Shown: one piece after another, positions 29,294 through 39,739 of the stretch | How positions within the stretch are numbered: position 1 is the first letter of the stretch | Layout: each line of letters opens with the position of its first letter | Virus record (IMG/VR): IMGVR_UViG_3300020374_000001 | Length of the DNA stretch: 64,000 nt | Reading direction: 5' to 3' (one strand) | DNA from: a virus | Taxonomy: Duplodnaviria; Caudoviricetes | The notes under the pieces: model-generated | The model's input: the letters and a program-made list of their open reading frames with translations, nothing else | Told to the model about the DNA's origin: nothing | Databases searched by the model: none | Position numbers and translations under genes: made by a program

Positions 29294-29524
29294 ATGATTG
29301 AACAAATTAAGAAGATTGTTATTGGATTGATTGCAATATCTTTGTTTATAGGATGTTTAGCAATTACATTAAACCACTTAAACCCAAAACCCACACTAGA
29401 AGATAACATAAATCAGAAACTAGAAGAGGCAGAAAGCAATCCTCTTACTGATAAAGAGCGTGAATTAGCAACAGAATCACAGACAAAAGAGTGGGAAGAA
29501 GTAGATAAAGAAACAGATAAATAG
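29294..29524 (+). CDS. Small single-pass membrane protein
   Basis: Start at ATG 29294, 5 nt after CATAAATA (29281-29288); hydrophobic IVIGLIAISLFIGCLAITL. Confidence 0.6.
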   Translation: MIEQIKKIVIGLIAISLFIGCLAITLNHLNPKPTLEDNINQKLEEAESNPLTDKERELATESQTKEWEEVDKETDK

Positions 29525-29528
29525 TAGT

Positions 29529-30155
29529 ATGACTACTACAAACTCATATAGAAGGCAACCTACTAAACAGGATTATGCCGATCCTACAAAGTTTAAATTT
29601 AGTATAATTAAACTTCCTAAAGTAGAATATTTTTGTACACAGGTAAATCTACCTGGTATTAGTCTAGCAGATAACTATACACAACCTACACCATTTAGAA
29701 ACATACCTTTACCTGGTGAAAAACTACAATACGAACCTTTGTCTATGACATTTCTAGTAGATGAAAATTTAGAAAACTACCAAGAAATACACGGTTGGTT
29801 AAGAGGTTTAGGTTTTCCTGGTGGACACGAAGAATTTAAGAAACTATTAGATAGTGGGGCAGACAGGTTTCCTACATCTAAAAGTAGTGTATTGCCTGAC
29901 GCTGGAAGATCAAAGTTTGGCGCTCCTAATACTGGTGCTATATTTTCAGACGCAACACTAAACATTTTAACAAGTAAAAACAATCCTGTTACTGAAGTTA
30001 GATTTAGTGATTTGTTTCCTATATCACTATCTGCTTTACAATACAATCAACAAGCAACTGATACTGATTACCTAACAGCAACGGTAACCTTTGAATACAA
30101 ACTATACGATTTTGCGACATCAAACGCAAGTAGAACTACAATAACAACCTCATAA
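29529..30155 (+). CDS. gp3: Tail completion/sheath stabiliser gp3
   Basis: FKFSIIKLPKVEYFC, FLVDENLENYQEIHGW, SDATL.IL; GATAAATA box at 29516-29523. Confidence 0.88.
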   Translation: MTTTNSYRRQPTKQDYADPTKFKFSIIKLPKVEYFCTQVNLPGISLADNYTQPTPFRNIPLPGEKLQYEPLSMTFLVDENLENYQEIHGWLRGLGFPGGHEEFKKLLDSGADRFPTSKSSVLPDAGRSKFGAPNTGAIFSDATLNILTSKNNPVTEVRFSDLFPISLSALQYNQQATDTDYLTATVTFEYKLYDFATSNASRTTITTS

Positions 30156-30158
30156 ACA

Positions 30159-30187
30159 TTGACTTTTTAGTCGGTTTGTGTTATTAT
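30159..30187 (+). promoter_or_regulatory. Sigma70-like promoter of uvsY-uvsW
   Basis: TTGACT-17nt-TATTAT with extended TG. Confidence 0.8.
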
Positions 30188-30196
30188 GGATATATT

Positions 30197-30625
30197 ATGG
30201 ATTTAGAACAATTACAAGAATTAGCAGACAAAGATTTAAAAATTAATGATACTGAATTAGATTTAGAATCATTAAAAACACCTCAACTACATAACAAATA
30301 TTTAAAACATTTAACAAAGTTTAAGTTGTTATTAACTAGAGCGCAAGACGATTTTACTAGAATAAAAAAAGATAAGTGGGAATACTATACTGGTAAGGCA
30401 GACCCAGCAGTATATCAATTAAAACCTTTTAACTTAAAAATATTAAAAGCAGATGTACAGCAATATATCGAATCAGATGAAGAATGGATCAAAGCGAATC
30501 AAAAAGTTAAATACTTGGAAACTATTGTAGATTTTTTAGATAGAACAATAAGACAAATTAGTAATAGAACATTTACTATTAAGAACGCCATTGACTGGAG
30601 AAAGTTTACTAGTGGCGCTATCTAA
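30197..30625 (+). CDS. uvsY: Recombination mediator UvsY
   Basis: LDLESLKTPQLHNKY, KWEYYTGKA, IKNAIDWRKFTSG; start at ATG 30197. Confidence 0.92.
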   Translation: MDLEQLQELADKDLKINDTELDLESLKTPQLHNKYLKHLTKFKLLLTRAQDDFTRIKKDKWEYYTGKADPAVYQLKPFNLKILKADVQQYIESDEEWIKANQKVKYLETIVDFLDRTIRQISNRTFTIKNAIDWRKFTSGAI

Positions 30626-32106
30626 TGACAACCACACGATACCTCATCATAGATAAGAAGAACGAAGTCTATTTAAAGATAGAAGCGGACGCTGATATTC
30701 GTAGAGAATTAGGCGAATACTTTACCTTTGAAGTGCCTGGTTTTAAGTTTATGCCCCAATATAGAAATAGAGTTTGGGACGGTAAAATTAGATTATTCAG
30801 TTATGCAACTGGTCAAATATATGCAGGATTATATCCTTACATAGTAGATTGGTGTAATAAAAATGATATTCAAATAGTAGATGGAACTAAAATAAAAGAT
30901 GTTCCAATGAGTGCTGAAGATACAAATAGATTTCTAAAAGCATTAAAGATACCTAAATTACAAATAAGAGATTATCAAGCAGAAGCATTTGTACACGCAA
31001 TTAAAAAGAGTAGATGTTTATTGTTATCACCAACTGCCTCTGGTAAATCATTAATAGTTTATCTTATATTAATATACAATCTATTGAGATTAAAAGAAAA
31101 GAAACAAGATAAGATATTAATTATAGTACCTACAACATCTTTAGTAGAACAATTATATAAAGATTTTAAAGACTACGGTTATAATAGTGATCGTAATGTA
31201 CATAGAATATATCAAGGACACGATAAAGATACTAATAAAAGAGTAATAATATCTACTTGGCAGTCAATATATAACTTACCTAAAAAATGGTTTAAACAAT
31301 TCGGTATGGTTATTGGTGATGAGGCACATTTATTTAAAGCAGTTTCATTAACAAAGATAATGACAAAACTAGAAAATTGTAAGTATAGAGTAGGACTTAC
31401 AGGTACTTTAGATGGCACTAAAACACATAAACTTGTACTAGAAGGATTGTTTGGTACGGTAAATAAGGTAGTATCTACAAGTGAATTACAAGAAAAGAAA
31501 CAACTTGCTAATCTAAAAATTTTCTGTTTAATTTTACAACACGATAAACACGCAAGAGATTTTATGTTTGGTAAAACTTACCAAGAAGAAATGGATTATT
31601 TGGTTAAGAATGAAAAGAGAAACAAGTATATACGTAATTTAGTTTCATCTTTACAAGGTAATACTTTAGTTTTGTTTCAGTACGTGGAAAAGCACGGTAT
31701 GGAATTAAAGAAACTAATAGAAGAAAAGAATCCTGATAAAAAAGTATTCTTTGTATATGGTGGTGTAGAAGCGGAAGAAAGAGAAAAGATTAGATTTATA
31801 ACTGAAAAATCTGATGGTGCTATCATAGTTGCTAGTTATGGTACTTTTTCAACAGGTATTAATATCAGAAACTTACATAACATAGTTTTTGCAAGTCCTA
31901 GTAAAAGTAGAATAAGAAATTTACAATCTATTGGTCGTGGTTTAAGATTAAAAGATAATGATTCTAATGCTACTTTATATGATATATCAGATGATTTAAC
32001 GCACAATGAAAAAGAAAATTATACTCTTTCTCACTTTAGAGAAAGGATAAATATTTACAACGAAGAGGATTTTGAATATGAAATCCATAATGTGGAGTTA
32101 AAATAA
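30625..32106 (+). CDS. uvsW: RNA-DNA/DNA helicase UvsW
   Basis: WDGKIRLF, SPTASGKS, DEAH, LQSIGRGLR. Confidence 0.96.
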   Translation: MTTTRYLIIDKKNEVYLKIEADADIRRELGEYFTFEVPGFKFMPQYRNRVWDGKIRLFSYATGQIYAGLYPYIVDWCNKNDIQIVDGTKIKDVPMSAEDTNRFLKALKIPKLQIRDYQAEAFVHAIKKSRCLLLSPTASGKSLIVYLILIYNLLRLKEKKQDKILIIVPTTSLVEQLYKDFKDYGYNSDRNVHRIYQGHDKDTNKRVIISTWQSIYNLPKKWFKQFGMVIGDEAHLFKAVSLTKIMTKLENCKYRVGLTGTLDGTKTHKLVLEGLFGTVNKVVSTSELQEKKQLANLKIFCLILQHDKHARDFMFGKTYQEEMDYLVKNEKRNKYIRNLVSSLQGNTLVLFQYVEKHGMELKKLIEEKNPDKKVFFVYGGVEAEEREKIRFITEKSDGAIIVASYGTFSTGINIRNLHNIVFASPSKSRIRNLQSIGRGLRLKDNDSNATLYDISDDLTHNEKENYTLSHFRERINIYNEEDFEYEIHNVELK

Positions 32107-32550
32107 ATGCACCAAAACCAACCACTAATAGGCGTAAAAATCATCAAGTTAATCAATGGCGAGGATGTGGTAACCGTTATACCATCAGGTAAAGATCAGT
32201 TACCAGAAAACTCTCAATTAGTAAGAATACATAAACCTTTACTAATTAAGTATGTTCCTCAAATGACATTAACTGGATTCAAAGATTATATTGCTTTAAT
32301 TAAATGGTGTTCTTATACTTCAGATAAAGTGATTACTATTCCAAAAAATAAGATAATGACAATAACAAATGCGTCACCTGAAATGGTTAAAAGTTATGAA
32401 GGTATTGCTGTGAATTACGACCAAAAACCGATTCCAGTCAGACAACAAAACTATAAACAACATAAGTTTACAGACGCTGAAAGTGAAAAGATACGTGAGA
32501 TATTTGATGATTTTGAAGATGAAGACGAAGGCAACACAACTATACATTAA
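32107..32550 (+). CDS. Conserved T4-like hypothetical protein (Sm-like fold candidate)
   Basis: KIIKLINGEDVV N-terminus shared with ORF 49963; usual position between uvsW and gp55. Confidence 0.6.
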   Translation: MHQNQPLIGVKIIKLINGEDVVTVIPSGKDQLPENSQLVRIHKPLLIKYVPQMTLTGFKDYIALIKWCSYTSDKVITIPKNKIMTITNASPEMVKSYEGIAVNYDQKPIPVRQQNYKQHKFTDAESEKIREIFDDFEDEDEGNTTIH

Positions 32551-32607
32551 TTTATATAATATATTATTTACTATAGCTATATCTCTCGGCAACCCGCTAC
32601 ACGCTCC

Positions 32608-32635
32608 ATTATACACAAAAAAGATAAAAAGTCAA
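32608..32635 (-). promoter_or_regulatory. Orphan antisense sigma70-like promoter
   Basis: Minus strand reads TTGACT-16nt-TATAAT; no convincing ORF downstream. Confidence 0.65.
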
Positions 32636-32679
32636 TGCTCATTTAGAGCAAAAAATGAAACCGAAATTTCGGGATAACA

Positions 32680-32708
32680 TTGACTTTTTTGAAGAAAGAT
32701 GTTATATT
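32680..32708 (+). promoter_or_regulatory. Sigma70-like promoter of gp55
   Basis: TTGACT-17nt-TATATT with extended TG; predicted +1 falls on ATG 32715. Confidence 0.8.
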
Positions 32709-32714
32709 AATATT

Positions 32715-33293
32715 ATGAGAAAAACTACAAAAAAAGAACATTATGTAAACAATAAAGAATTTTTAGCTGCAATGACTGAATATACAAAGAATGTAAATAG
32801 AGCGAAAAGAAACAAACAACCGAAACCGCCTGTTACAGATTACATTGGTAGTTGTTTTTTAAAGATAGCGAATCATCTATCTTACAGACCAAACTTTATT
32901 AATTATACTTTTAGAGATGATATGATTAGTGATGGTATAGAAAACTGCCTACAATACCTAGACAATTTTAATCCTAGAAAATCAAAGAATCCCTTTGCAT
33001 ATTTTACGCAAATTATATATTACGCCTTCATAAGAAGAATACAGAAAGAGAAAAAACAAGTAACTATTAAGAATAGACTTATAACAGAATCTAATTATGA
33101 TGATATGACCTTGCAACCAGGTGAAGACAAAGAGTTTAAAAATCAATTTACAGAATTTCTTAAAAAGAATATGCCAGTTGAAGAACAACAAAAAATTGCT
33201 GATGATTTAGCAAAGAAAAAGAAAAAGAGGAAGAAGAAAAAAAAGAGTAGTTTAGATTACTTTTTGAGTTATGAAGATAGCGCTACTGAATGA
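32715..33293 (+). CDS. gp55: Late transcription sigma factor gp55
   Basis: HYVNNKEFL, IANHLSYRPNFINY, NPFAYFTQIIYYAF.RRI.KEKKQ; start at ATG 32715. Confidence 0.96.
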   Translation: MRKTTKKEHYVNNKEFLAAMTEYTKNVNRAKRNKQPKPPVTDYIGSCFLKIANHLSYRPNFINYTFRDDMISDGIENCLQYLDNFNPRKSKNPFAYFTQIIYYAFIRRIQKEKKQVTIKNRLITESNYDDMTLQPGEDKEFKNQFTEFLKKNMPVEEQQKIADDLAKKKKKRKKKKKSSLDYFLSYEDSATE

Positions 33294-34329
33294 TACACAC
33301 TTCGGATGCCGTAATGACTCACCTGCTTTTATAAATTATCAAAATCGTTTTTATGATGAATTGTTTTTTCCGTACATTATAGAAAATAAGATAGATACAT
33401 TAATACATTTAGGTGATGTGGTTGATAGAAGAAAGTTTATTAACTTTAATACTGCCCACAATTTCCAAAAAAAGTTTTGGAAAAGACTATGGGATTTAAA
33501 AATAGATACACATATTATATTAGGTAACCACGATACTTATTATAAGAACACAAACAAAGTAAACTCTATTCAACAACTATGTACATCTTTTGATGGCATA
33601 AACGAACCTTGGATATATGATGGTCCTAAAGAAGTAGAATTAGGTGGTTGTCGTATGTTATTTTTACCTTGGATATGTGATGATAATTATGATGATTCAA
33701 TACACGCAATAGATCACTCTACTGCTGATATATGTTTTGGTCATTTAGAGATTAAAGGTTTTGAAATGCACAAAGGACATATGAACGAACACGGTTTAGA
33801 TAGAGAACAATTTAAACGATTTGAAAAAGTTATGTCTGGACACTTTCATAAAAAATCAGATGACGGACTTATTTACTATCTTGGTACACAATATCAAATA
33901 ATGTGGTCAGACTACAATTGTCCTAAAGGATTCCATATCTTTGATACAGAAACAAGAGAGTTAGAAAGAATACCTAATGATCTTGCTATATTCAAAAAGA
34001 TAATATATGATGATAGAACAACTGATTATACTAACTTTGATCTTTCACCTTATGAAAATTGTTTTGTTAAAATGTTTGTATCATTTAAAACAAACGAAGA
34101 AATGTACAATAAACTTGTAGAAAGATTTTATACTAATACAAACGTACACGAATTACAAATAATAGAGGATCCAGTAGATATAAAACAAACCGTAAAAGCA
34201 AATATACTAGATCAAGGAGAGGATACTATGACTTTCCTAAATAACTATATTGACCAGATTGATACAGATTTAGATAGAAAAAAATTAAAAGACTTTACTA
34301 AAGAATTATATGTAGAGGCAAATGAATGA
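33271..34329 (+). CDS. gp47: Recombination endonuclease subunit gp47 (Mre11-like)
   Basis: DTHFG, GDVVDRR, GNHD, SGHFH. Confidence 0.95.
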   Translation: MKIALLNDTHFGCRNDSPAFINYQNRFYDELFFPYIIENKIDTLIHLGDVVDRRKFINFNTAHNFQKKFWKRLWDLKIDTHIILGNHDTYYKNTNKVNSIQQLCTSFDGINEPWIYDGPKEVELGGCRMLFLPWICDDNYDDSIHAIDHSTADICFGHLEIKGFEMHKGHMNEHGLDREQFKRFEKVMSGHFHKKSDDGLIYYLGTQYQIMWSDYNCPKGFHIFDTETRELERIPNDLAIFKKIIYDDRTTDYTNFDLSPYENCFVKMFVSFKTNEEMYNKLVERFYTNTNVHELQIIEDPVDIKQTVKANILDQGEDTMTFLNNYIDQIDTDLDRKKLKDFTKELYVEANE

Positions 34330-36041
34330 TAATCTTTAAAAAGATAAAATATAAAAACTTTCTATCAACAGGAAATCAACCAATAGAAATAGAATTAGGT
34401 AAATCACCTACAACACTTATCATAGGACAAAATGGTTCTGGTAAATCAACTTTACTTGACGCATTGTGTTGGGCATTGTTTAATAAACCTTTTAGAATAA
34501 TTAAAAAAGAACAAATGATAAACACTATTAACAATAGTGAATGTGAAGTAGAGATAGATTTTGATGTAGGTACAAAACAATATAAAGTTAAACGAAGTGT
34601 TAAACCTAATCTATTTGAGATATATGAAAACGGACAATTGTTAAATCAAAATGCCTCTAGTATTGACTATCAAAAATATTTAGAACATAATATTATGAAG
34701 TTAAATTACAGATCATTTATTCAAGTTGTTATATTAGGGTCTTCTTCATATGAACCATTTATGAAAATGAAGGCAAGATATAGAAGGGATGTAGTTGAAG
34801 AAATATTAGATGTAAAAGTATTTACACAAATGGATTTAATATTAAGAGATCAACAAGGTCAGTTATCAAAAGAAGTTTTAGAAATTAGACATAAAGGTGA
34901 TCTAATACAAACAAAATATGAAACTGAAATGAAACATTTTAAATCATTATCAGAATTGAATACAAGTGGTATTGATGATAAGAAAGCACAATTAGAAAGT
35001 CATAATAAAGCAAAACAAGAATACACCACAAAGATAGAAAATATAAACAAGTCAATAGAAGAATATAAAAAAGAATTAGAAGGTAAAGAAGAAGCAGATA
35101 GTAAATTAAAACAACTAGAAAAACTAGAAACTAAAATAGAACAAAACATAGACACACATAATAAATCAATAAAGTTTTTTGCTGATAATGATACCTGTCC
35201 TGTGTGTACACAATCTATTGACAAATCATTTAGAGAACAAAAAGGTGAACAACTACATAAAAAATGTGCTGAATTAGAAACAGGCATTAAAAAATTAACA
35301 GGTGAAATTAATAAAGTAGAAGAAAGAATTAATCACTTTGGTGCTATATCTCAAAAGTTATCAGAATTAAAAGTTGATGTTGCAAAAGTAAATACCTCAC
35401 TATGGGAACTGAATAGTTATTGTGATAAAATACACGAAGATATAAAACAACTAGAAAACAAACAAACAGATAGTAAACAAATTGCTACAGATTTACAACA
35501 ATTAAAAGAAGAATTAGAAACAACAAAATTAGAAACAGAAAAATTAACTAATCAAAAGAAATACGTAGATATATTAAGAGAAGTATTAAGTGATAAAGGT
35601 GCTAGAGGACATATAATTAAAAAGTATATACCTATTATAAACAATCTAATTAATCAATACTTACAAGCAATGGACTTCTTTGTATCATTTCATTTAGATG
35701 AAGAATTTAACGAAACGGTAAAGAGTAGGCATAGAGATACATTTAATTATAATAGTTTTAGTGAAGGTGAAAAATTAAGAATAGACCTTGCATTATTATT
35801 TACTTGGAGAACTATTGCTAAAATGAAAAATAGTGTAAACACAAACTTATTAATACTAGATGAGATATTTGATTCTAGTTTAGATCAACAAGGAACAGAT
35901 GATTTCTTTAAGATAGTTAATAAATTAAAAAATGAAAACGTCTTTATTATATCACACAAAGGAGATATACTATTTGATAAGTTTACCAACATATTAAAAT
36001 TTGAGAAATATAAAAACTTTACGAGGTTACAAAATACATAA
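34326..36041 (+). CDS. gp46: Recombination endonuclease subunit gp46 (Rad50-like)
   Basis: GQNGSGKST, CPVC zinc hook, FSEGEK, LDEIFD. Confidence 0.95.
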   Translation: MIIFKKIKYKNFLSTGNQPIEIELGKSPTTLIIGQNGSGKSTLLDALCWALFNKPFRIIKKEQMINTINNSECEVEIDFDVGTKQYKVKRSVKPNLFEIYENGQLLNQNASSIDYQKYLEHNIMKLNYRSFIQVVILGSSSYEPFMKMKARYRRDVVEEILDVKVFTQMDLILRDQQGQLSKEVLEIRHKGDLIQTKYETEMKHFKSLSELNTSGIDDKKAQLESHNKAKQEYTTKIENINKSIEEYKKELEGKEEADSKLKQLEKLETKIEQNIDTHNKSIKFFADNDTCPVCTQSIDKSFREQKGEQLHKKCAELETGIKKLTGEINKVEERINHFGAISQKLSELKVDVAKVNTSLWELNSYCDKIHEDIKQLENKQTDSKQIATDLQQLKEELETTKLETEKLTNQKKYVDILREVLSDKGARGHIIKKYIPIINNLINQYLQAMDFFVSFHLDEEFNETVKSRHRDTFNYNSFSEGEKLRIDLALLFTWRTIAKMKNSVNTNLLILDEIFDSSLDQQGTDDFFKIVNKLKNENVFIISHKGDILFDKFTNILKFEKYKNFTRLQNT

Positions 36042-36694
36042 TGGAAGTTAAAATAACAAAAATGAAAAGTGATCCAAAGAGAACTTTTTTTGCACCTGAA
36101 TATGATTACACTATATTTGAAATGGTTAACAAAGAAGTTAATTTTGAAGAACTAGCAAAGTTTATATTAAGTAAAGAAAAAGAAATAGTAAGTTTACCTG
36201 TAACAGGTGACGCATATACAGGAATGAGAGAAGATAGTACAACTGCTAGATTTGACAAATACAATGTTTTTAAATGGGAAAACAAAAATATAGAAATGTT
36301 AAAACATTTTATTTGTAACTTCCACGATAATATTGTAGGAAAATATTACAAACAAGAACTTCCTAAAGAATTATACATACAATGCTGGGCAAATATAATG
36401 AGAAAAGGAGATCAAATAAAACCTCATTTACACGATATAGGACCAACTTGTTATTTAGGAGGCCATATTTGTGTACAATGTGATGATACATCTACTCATT
36501 ATATTAATCCAATAAATCAAATTAATGACCCTATGACATATGAAAGTAAAAATGATGTAGGTAAAGTATCTATATTTCCAAATAATATACCACACTATAC
36601 AGATATACAAAAATCAGATAAAGAAAGAATAACAATTGCTTTTGATTTAATGATAGAGAATCCAAACAAAGATAATTATATAAGGTTAATATGA
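36041..36694 (+). CDS. 2OG-Fe(II) oxygenase-like protein (HxH type)
   Basis: WANIMRKGDQIKPHLH, IFP....H, RITIAFD. Confidence 0.8.
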   Translation: MEVKITKMKSDPKRTFFAPEYDYTIFEMVNKEVNFEELAKFILSKEKEIVSLPVTGDAYTGMREDSTTARFDKYNVFKWENKNIEMLKHFICNFHDNIVGKYYKQELPKELYIQCWANIMRKGDQIKPHLHDIGPTCYLGGHICVQCDDTSTHYINPINQINDPMTYESKNDVGKVSIFPNNIPHYTDIQKSDKERITIAFDLMIENPNKDNYIRLI

Positions 36695-37230
36695 AAGAAC
36701 TAAAATTAATACCACCAACTGATCCTAGAGTACAATCCGCAATCGCACCTTTTAATAACGATATGTTAAAAGACGAAGGATTTAAAGATAGAAAAGAATT
36801 GTCAGAAGCAATGTTTGACACAATGAAAAAATATGGTGGCATAGGTTTGTCTGCTAATCAAGTAGGATTACCTTTTAATATGTTTGTAGTAGGCGATCAT
36901 CCTGAAATAGAAAAAGGTTTAAAGATGACTTGTTTTAATCCTATGATTATATCAAGTAGTGTAGAGGAAGAAACAATGAAAGAAGGTTGTTTAACTTTTC
37001 CTTTTGTATTTTTAAACATAACAAGACCTCGTAAAGTAGTTGTAAAATATGAAGATGAAAACGGTGATCTAAAAGAAGGTAGTTTAGATGGTATGATTAG
37101 TAGAGTCTTTCAACACGAATACGACCATATGTTAGGCAAAACATTTGTTGACGGTATAAGTAAAATGAAATTAGATATGGCATATAAAAAAGCAGAAAAG
37201 ATGATGAAAAAATATAAAAGGCAAAAATGA
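36691..37230 (+). CDS. def: Peptide deformylase
   Basis: GIGLSANQVG, EGCLT, QHEYDH. Confidence 0.96.
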   Translation: MKELKLIPPTDPRVQSAIAPFNNDMLKDEGFKDRKELSEAMFDTMKKYGGIGLSANQVGLPFNMFVVGDHPEIEKGLKMTCFNPMIISSSVEEETMKEGCLTFPFVFLNITRPRKVVVKYEDENGDLKEGSLDGMISRVFQHEYDHMLGKTFVDGISKMKLDMAYKKAEKMMKKYKRQK

Positions 37231-38042
37231 TAGATAGTGTTCCTTATAGATTTCCTACTGCTGAAGAAAGATGGCCTAGACAAGGTTCAACTATGCCTTA
37301 TAGTTTTCCTAAATTAGTAATAGAAGAACACGAAGGTTTTTATATAGTACGTGATGATTTATTAGAAGGTGGTTCTAAAAGAAGATTTGTAGATAGAATG
37401 ATTAGAGAAGAAATTGCTGAAGGCGCTGAAGAATTTGTTTATGGTGGTTGTCCTGCAAACGGTTATGCTCAACTATCTTTAACACTACAAGCAAAAGAGT
37501 ATGGTAAAAAAGCAGTATTCTTTATGGCAAAAAGATCAATGAATAATTTACACCCTTATCAAAAACAAGCATTAGAATATGGTGCAGATATACGTTGGGT
37601 ACCAAATGGTATGTTATCAGTTACTAAAAAAAGAGCAAGAGATTATTTTTATGAAGACCCAAAAAGAAGAAGATTATTGCCATTAGGTTTAGAAGAAAAA
37701 AGAGTATTTGAAGATATAAGAGATTTAGCAAAAGATATAGAAAAAGATTACAATATTAATATAAGTGAAATATGGTCAGTAGGATCAAGTGGTACATTAA
37801 CAAGAGGATTACAGATGGCATTTCCTGATAAAGATGTTAATGTAGTTTCAGTAGGACACAAAATGAAACAACACGAAATAGGTAGAGCAAAATTATATCT
37901 AACAAAATATAAATTTATGCAAGAGGTAAAAGAAGAAGACAAACCACCTTTTCCATCTGTGCCTACATATGACGCAAAGGCGTGGTCAATAATGAAAAAA
38001 TACGCAAAGAAAGGTAGTCTATTTTGGAATGTAGGAAAATAA
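37227..38042 (+). CDS. PLP-dependent enzyme (fold type II, TrpB/ACC-deaminase-like)
   Basis: VRDDLLEGGSKRR (Schiff-base Lys), VGSSGT phosphate-binding loop, YDAKAW. Confidence 0.8.
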   Translation: MIDSVPYRFPTAEERWPRQGSTMPYSFPKLVIEEHEGFYIVRDDLLEGGSKRRFVDRMIREEIAEGAEEFVYGGCPANGYAQLSLTLQAKEYGKKAVFFMAKRSMNNLHPYQKQALEYGADIRWVPNGMLSVTKKRARDYFYEDPKRRRLLPLGLEEKRVFEDIRDLAKDIEKDYNINISEIWSVGSSGTLTRGLQMAFPDKDVNVVSVGHKMKQHEIGRAKLYLTKYKFMQEVKEEDKPPFPSVPTYDAKAWSIMKKYAKKGSLFWNVGK

Positions 38043-39022
38043 CAATTGCTAGATTAAGAAGTGGTGTCAATTATAAACGACCACTAGATCATATTATAGA
38101 TTCATTTTGTTATCTATTAAAAAGATTTCAAATTAAGAATAGTGAATTTAGATATGGCGTATATAACTATGGTTATGACAAAGCACATAGAAGAATAGCA
38201 GATGATATACCTGATAGTGATATAATTATTATACCTAGTGAGAATGAATTTCATTACCATATACCTAATTATATTGATCCTAAAAATTTAGAAAAATCTA
38301 ATACTGCAATTAAAGAACACTTTAAAGATTTAAAAAATAAACACATTATAATATTAAGATCAGATAGAGGAGATGATGAAGACTTATATAGAAATCATAC
38401 ATTTAGAGATAAACCTATTGGCAAAGTATCTATATTAGATGAAACAGATATACCAGGAAATATACATCAATTAAAATATCATTTTATAAAAGATGAGATA
38501 CCAGATAATGAAACTAATAGACCTTATCTATTTTCATATTGGGGAACAGAAAAAAGACGAGATGTAGGTGGCATAACTAGTGGCGATAACAGACACGAAA
38601 TATTAAAAGAACTACAAGTTGGTATGGGTAAATTTAATACAAGATTCATTGGTAGATTTTCTACGGTTAAAAGAGATATGAAACCAGATAGTATGAGAAA
38701 CATACTACCTATATTAAACAAATCAAAATATACATTATGTTTTAATTGGAAAGATAATAAGGCAACCACAAGTAGATACCACGAGGCACTTGCCTGTGGC
38801 ATTATACCTATGGTTTATAAAGATTATGATTCGACAGGAATACTCGTAAAAGACGAATGGCAAAGAGTAGAAAGTGCTGAAGAATTACATCAAAAGATAA
38901 TGAATAGTGATTATTTTACAAAATATACACAAATCCACAATGCTTATAAGCAATCACTATTGACAAAGGATCAAATATATGATACCTTTGAATCTACATT
39001 ATTCAGAATAATAGGAGAATAA
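38024..39022 (+). CDS. T4 beta-glucosyltransferase-like GT-B enzyme
   Basis: YWG..R, TTSRYHEALACGIIPMVYKDYD...RVESAEELHQKI aligns by eye with T4 BGT TLRVWETMAS...DEEFD...VNNRAELIDRV; TTG start. Confidence 0.7.
   Translation: MECRKITIARLRSGVNYKRPLDHIIDSFCYLLKRFQIKNSEFRYGVYNYGYDKAHRRIADDIPDSDIIIIPSENEFHYHIPNYIDPKNLEKSNTAIKEHFKDLKNKHIIILRSDRGDDEDLYRNHTFRDKPIGKVSILDETDIPGNIHQLKYHFIKDEIPDNETNRPYLFSYWGTEKRRDVGGITSGDNRHEILKELQVGMGKFNTRFIGRFSTVKRDMKPDSMRNILPILNKSKYTLCFNWKDNKATTSRYHEALACGIIPMVYKDYDSTGILVKDEWQRVESAEELHQKIMNSDYFTKYTQIHNAYKQSLLTKDQIYDTFESTLFRIIGE
38960..38988 (+). promoter_or_regulatory. Possible internal sigma70-like promoter
   Basis: TTGACA-17nt-TACCTT with TG extension. Confidence 0.4.
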
Positions 39023-39023
39023 A

Positions 39024-39734
39024 ATGGCGTTAACAGACAAATATCAAAAGATAGAACAAGACGAAGTAAGGTTACAAGGTAATTTAAACTTTGGACCGTT
39101 TTGTGCTTACTTTAGAATACCTCAAAATTTTAGAGAAGGATTACTAAAAAAAGGCAAAGAATTAGAACCAGGAAGTGCTAATCCAAAACTTGTAGGTTTA
39201 ATTGGAGATCAAAGAAGTTATAATATGGAAGATAGAGAATGGTTTATAAAAAAGTTTCAACCTTTTTTAACTGAATATGTACACGGTAAATGCCGATTTG
39301 ATGGTCAGCAGTTTGATCCTAATAACCACTCTACATCATTTACATTAATTAACTTATGGATTAACTATATGAAAGGTGGTGAGTTTAATCCTGAACATAC
39401 TCACTCTGGACAACTTACCTGGGTTATATATTTAAAAGTACCAGATTTAAAAAAAGAACAAAGTGAATTTAAAGGAACTGGTCTTGGACCAGGTTCTATT
39501 GGATTTCATTATGGAGAAGGTGCAACTGGCGATTGGGCACAACATACTTATCAATATCAACCTGAATTAGATGGTATGTGGATATTTCCTGCACAATTAA
39601 GACATAGAGTAAATCCTTTCTATTCAAAAGAACAAGAAAGAATTAGTGTGTCAGGTAATATATTTTTCAATAGACCTAATACACCTTGTTTACCAGAACC
39701 ACCAAAAACACCACCTCCAGGTTGGCAATTTTAA
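39024..39734 (+). CDS. 2OG-Fe(II) oxygenase-like protein (HxH type)
   Basis: WINYMKGGEFNPEHTHSG, FPAQLRHRV.PF, RISVSGN. Confidence 0.85.
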   Translation: MALTDKYQKIEQDEVRLQGNLNFGPFCAYFRIPQNFREGLLKKGKELEPGSANPKLVGLIGDQRSYNMEDREWFIKKFQPFLTEYVHGKCRFDGQQFDPNNHSTSFTLINLWINYMKGGEFNPEHTHSGQLTWVIYLKVPDLKKEQSEFKGTGLGPGSIGFHYGEGATGDWAQHTYQYQPELDGMWIFPAQLRHRVNPFYSKEQERISVSGNIFFNRPNTPCLPEPPKTPPPGWQF

Positions 39735-39739
39735 TTTGA

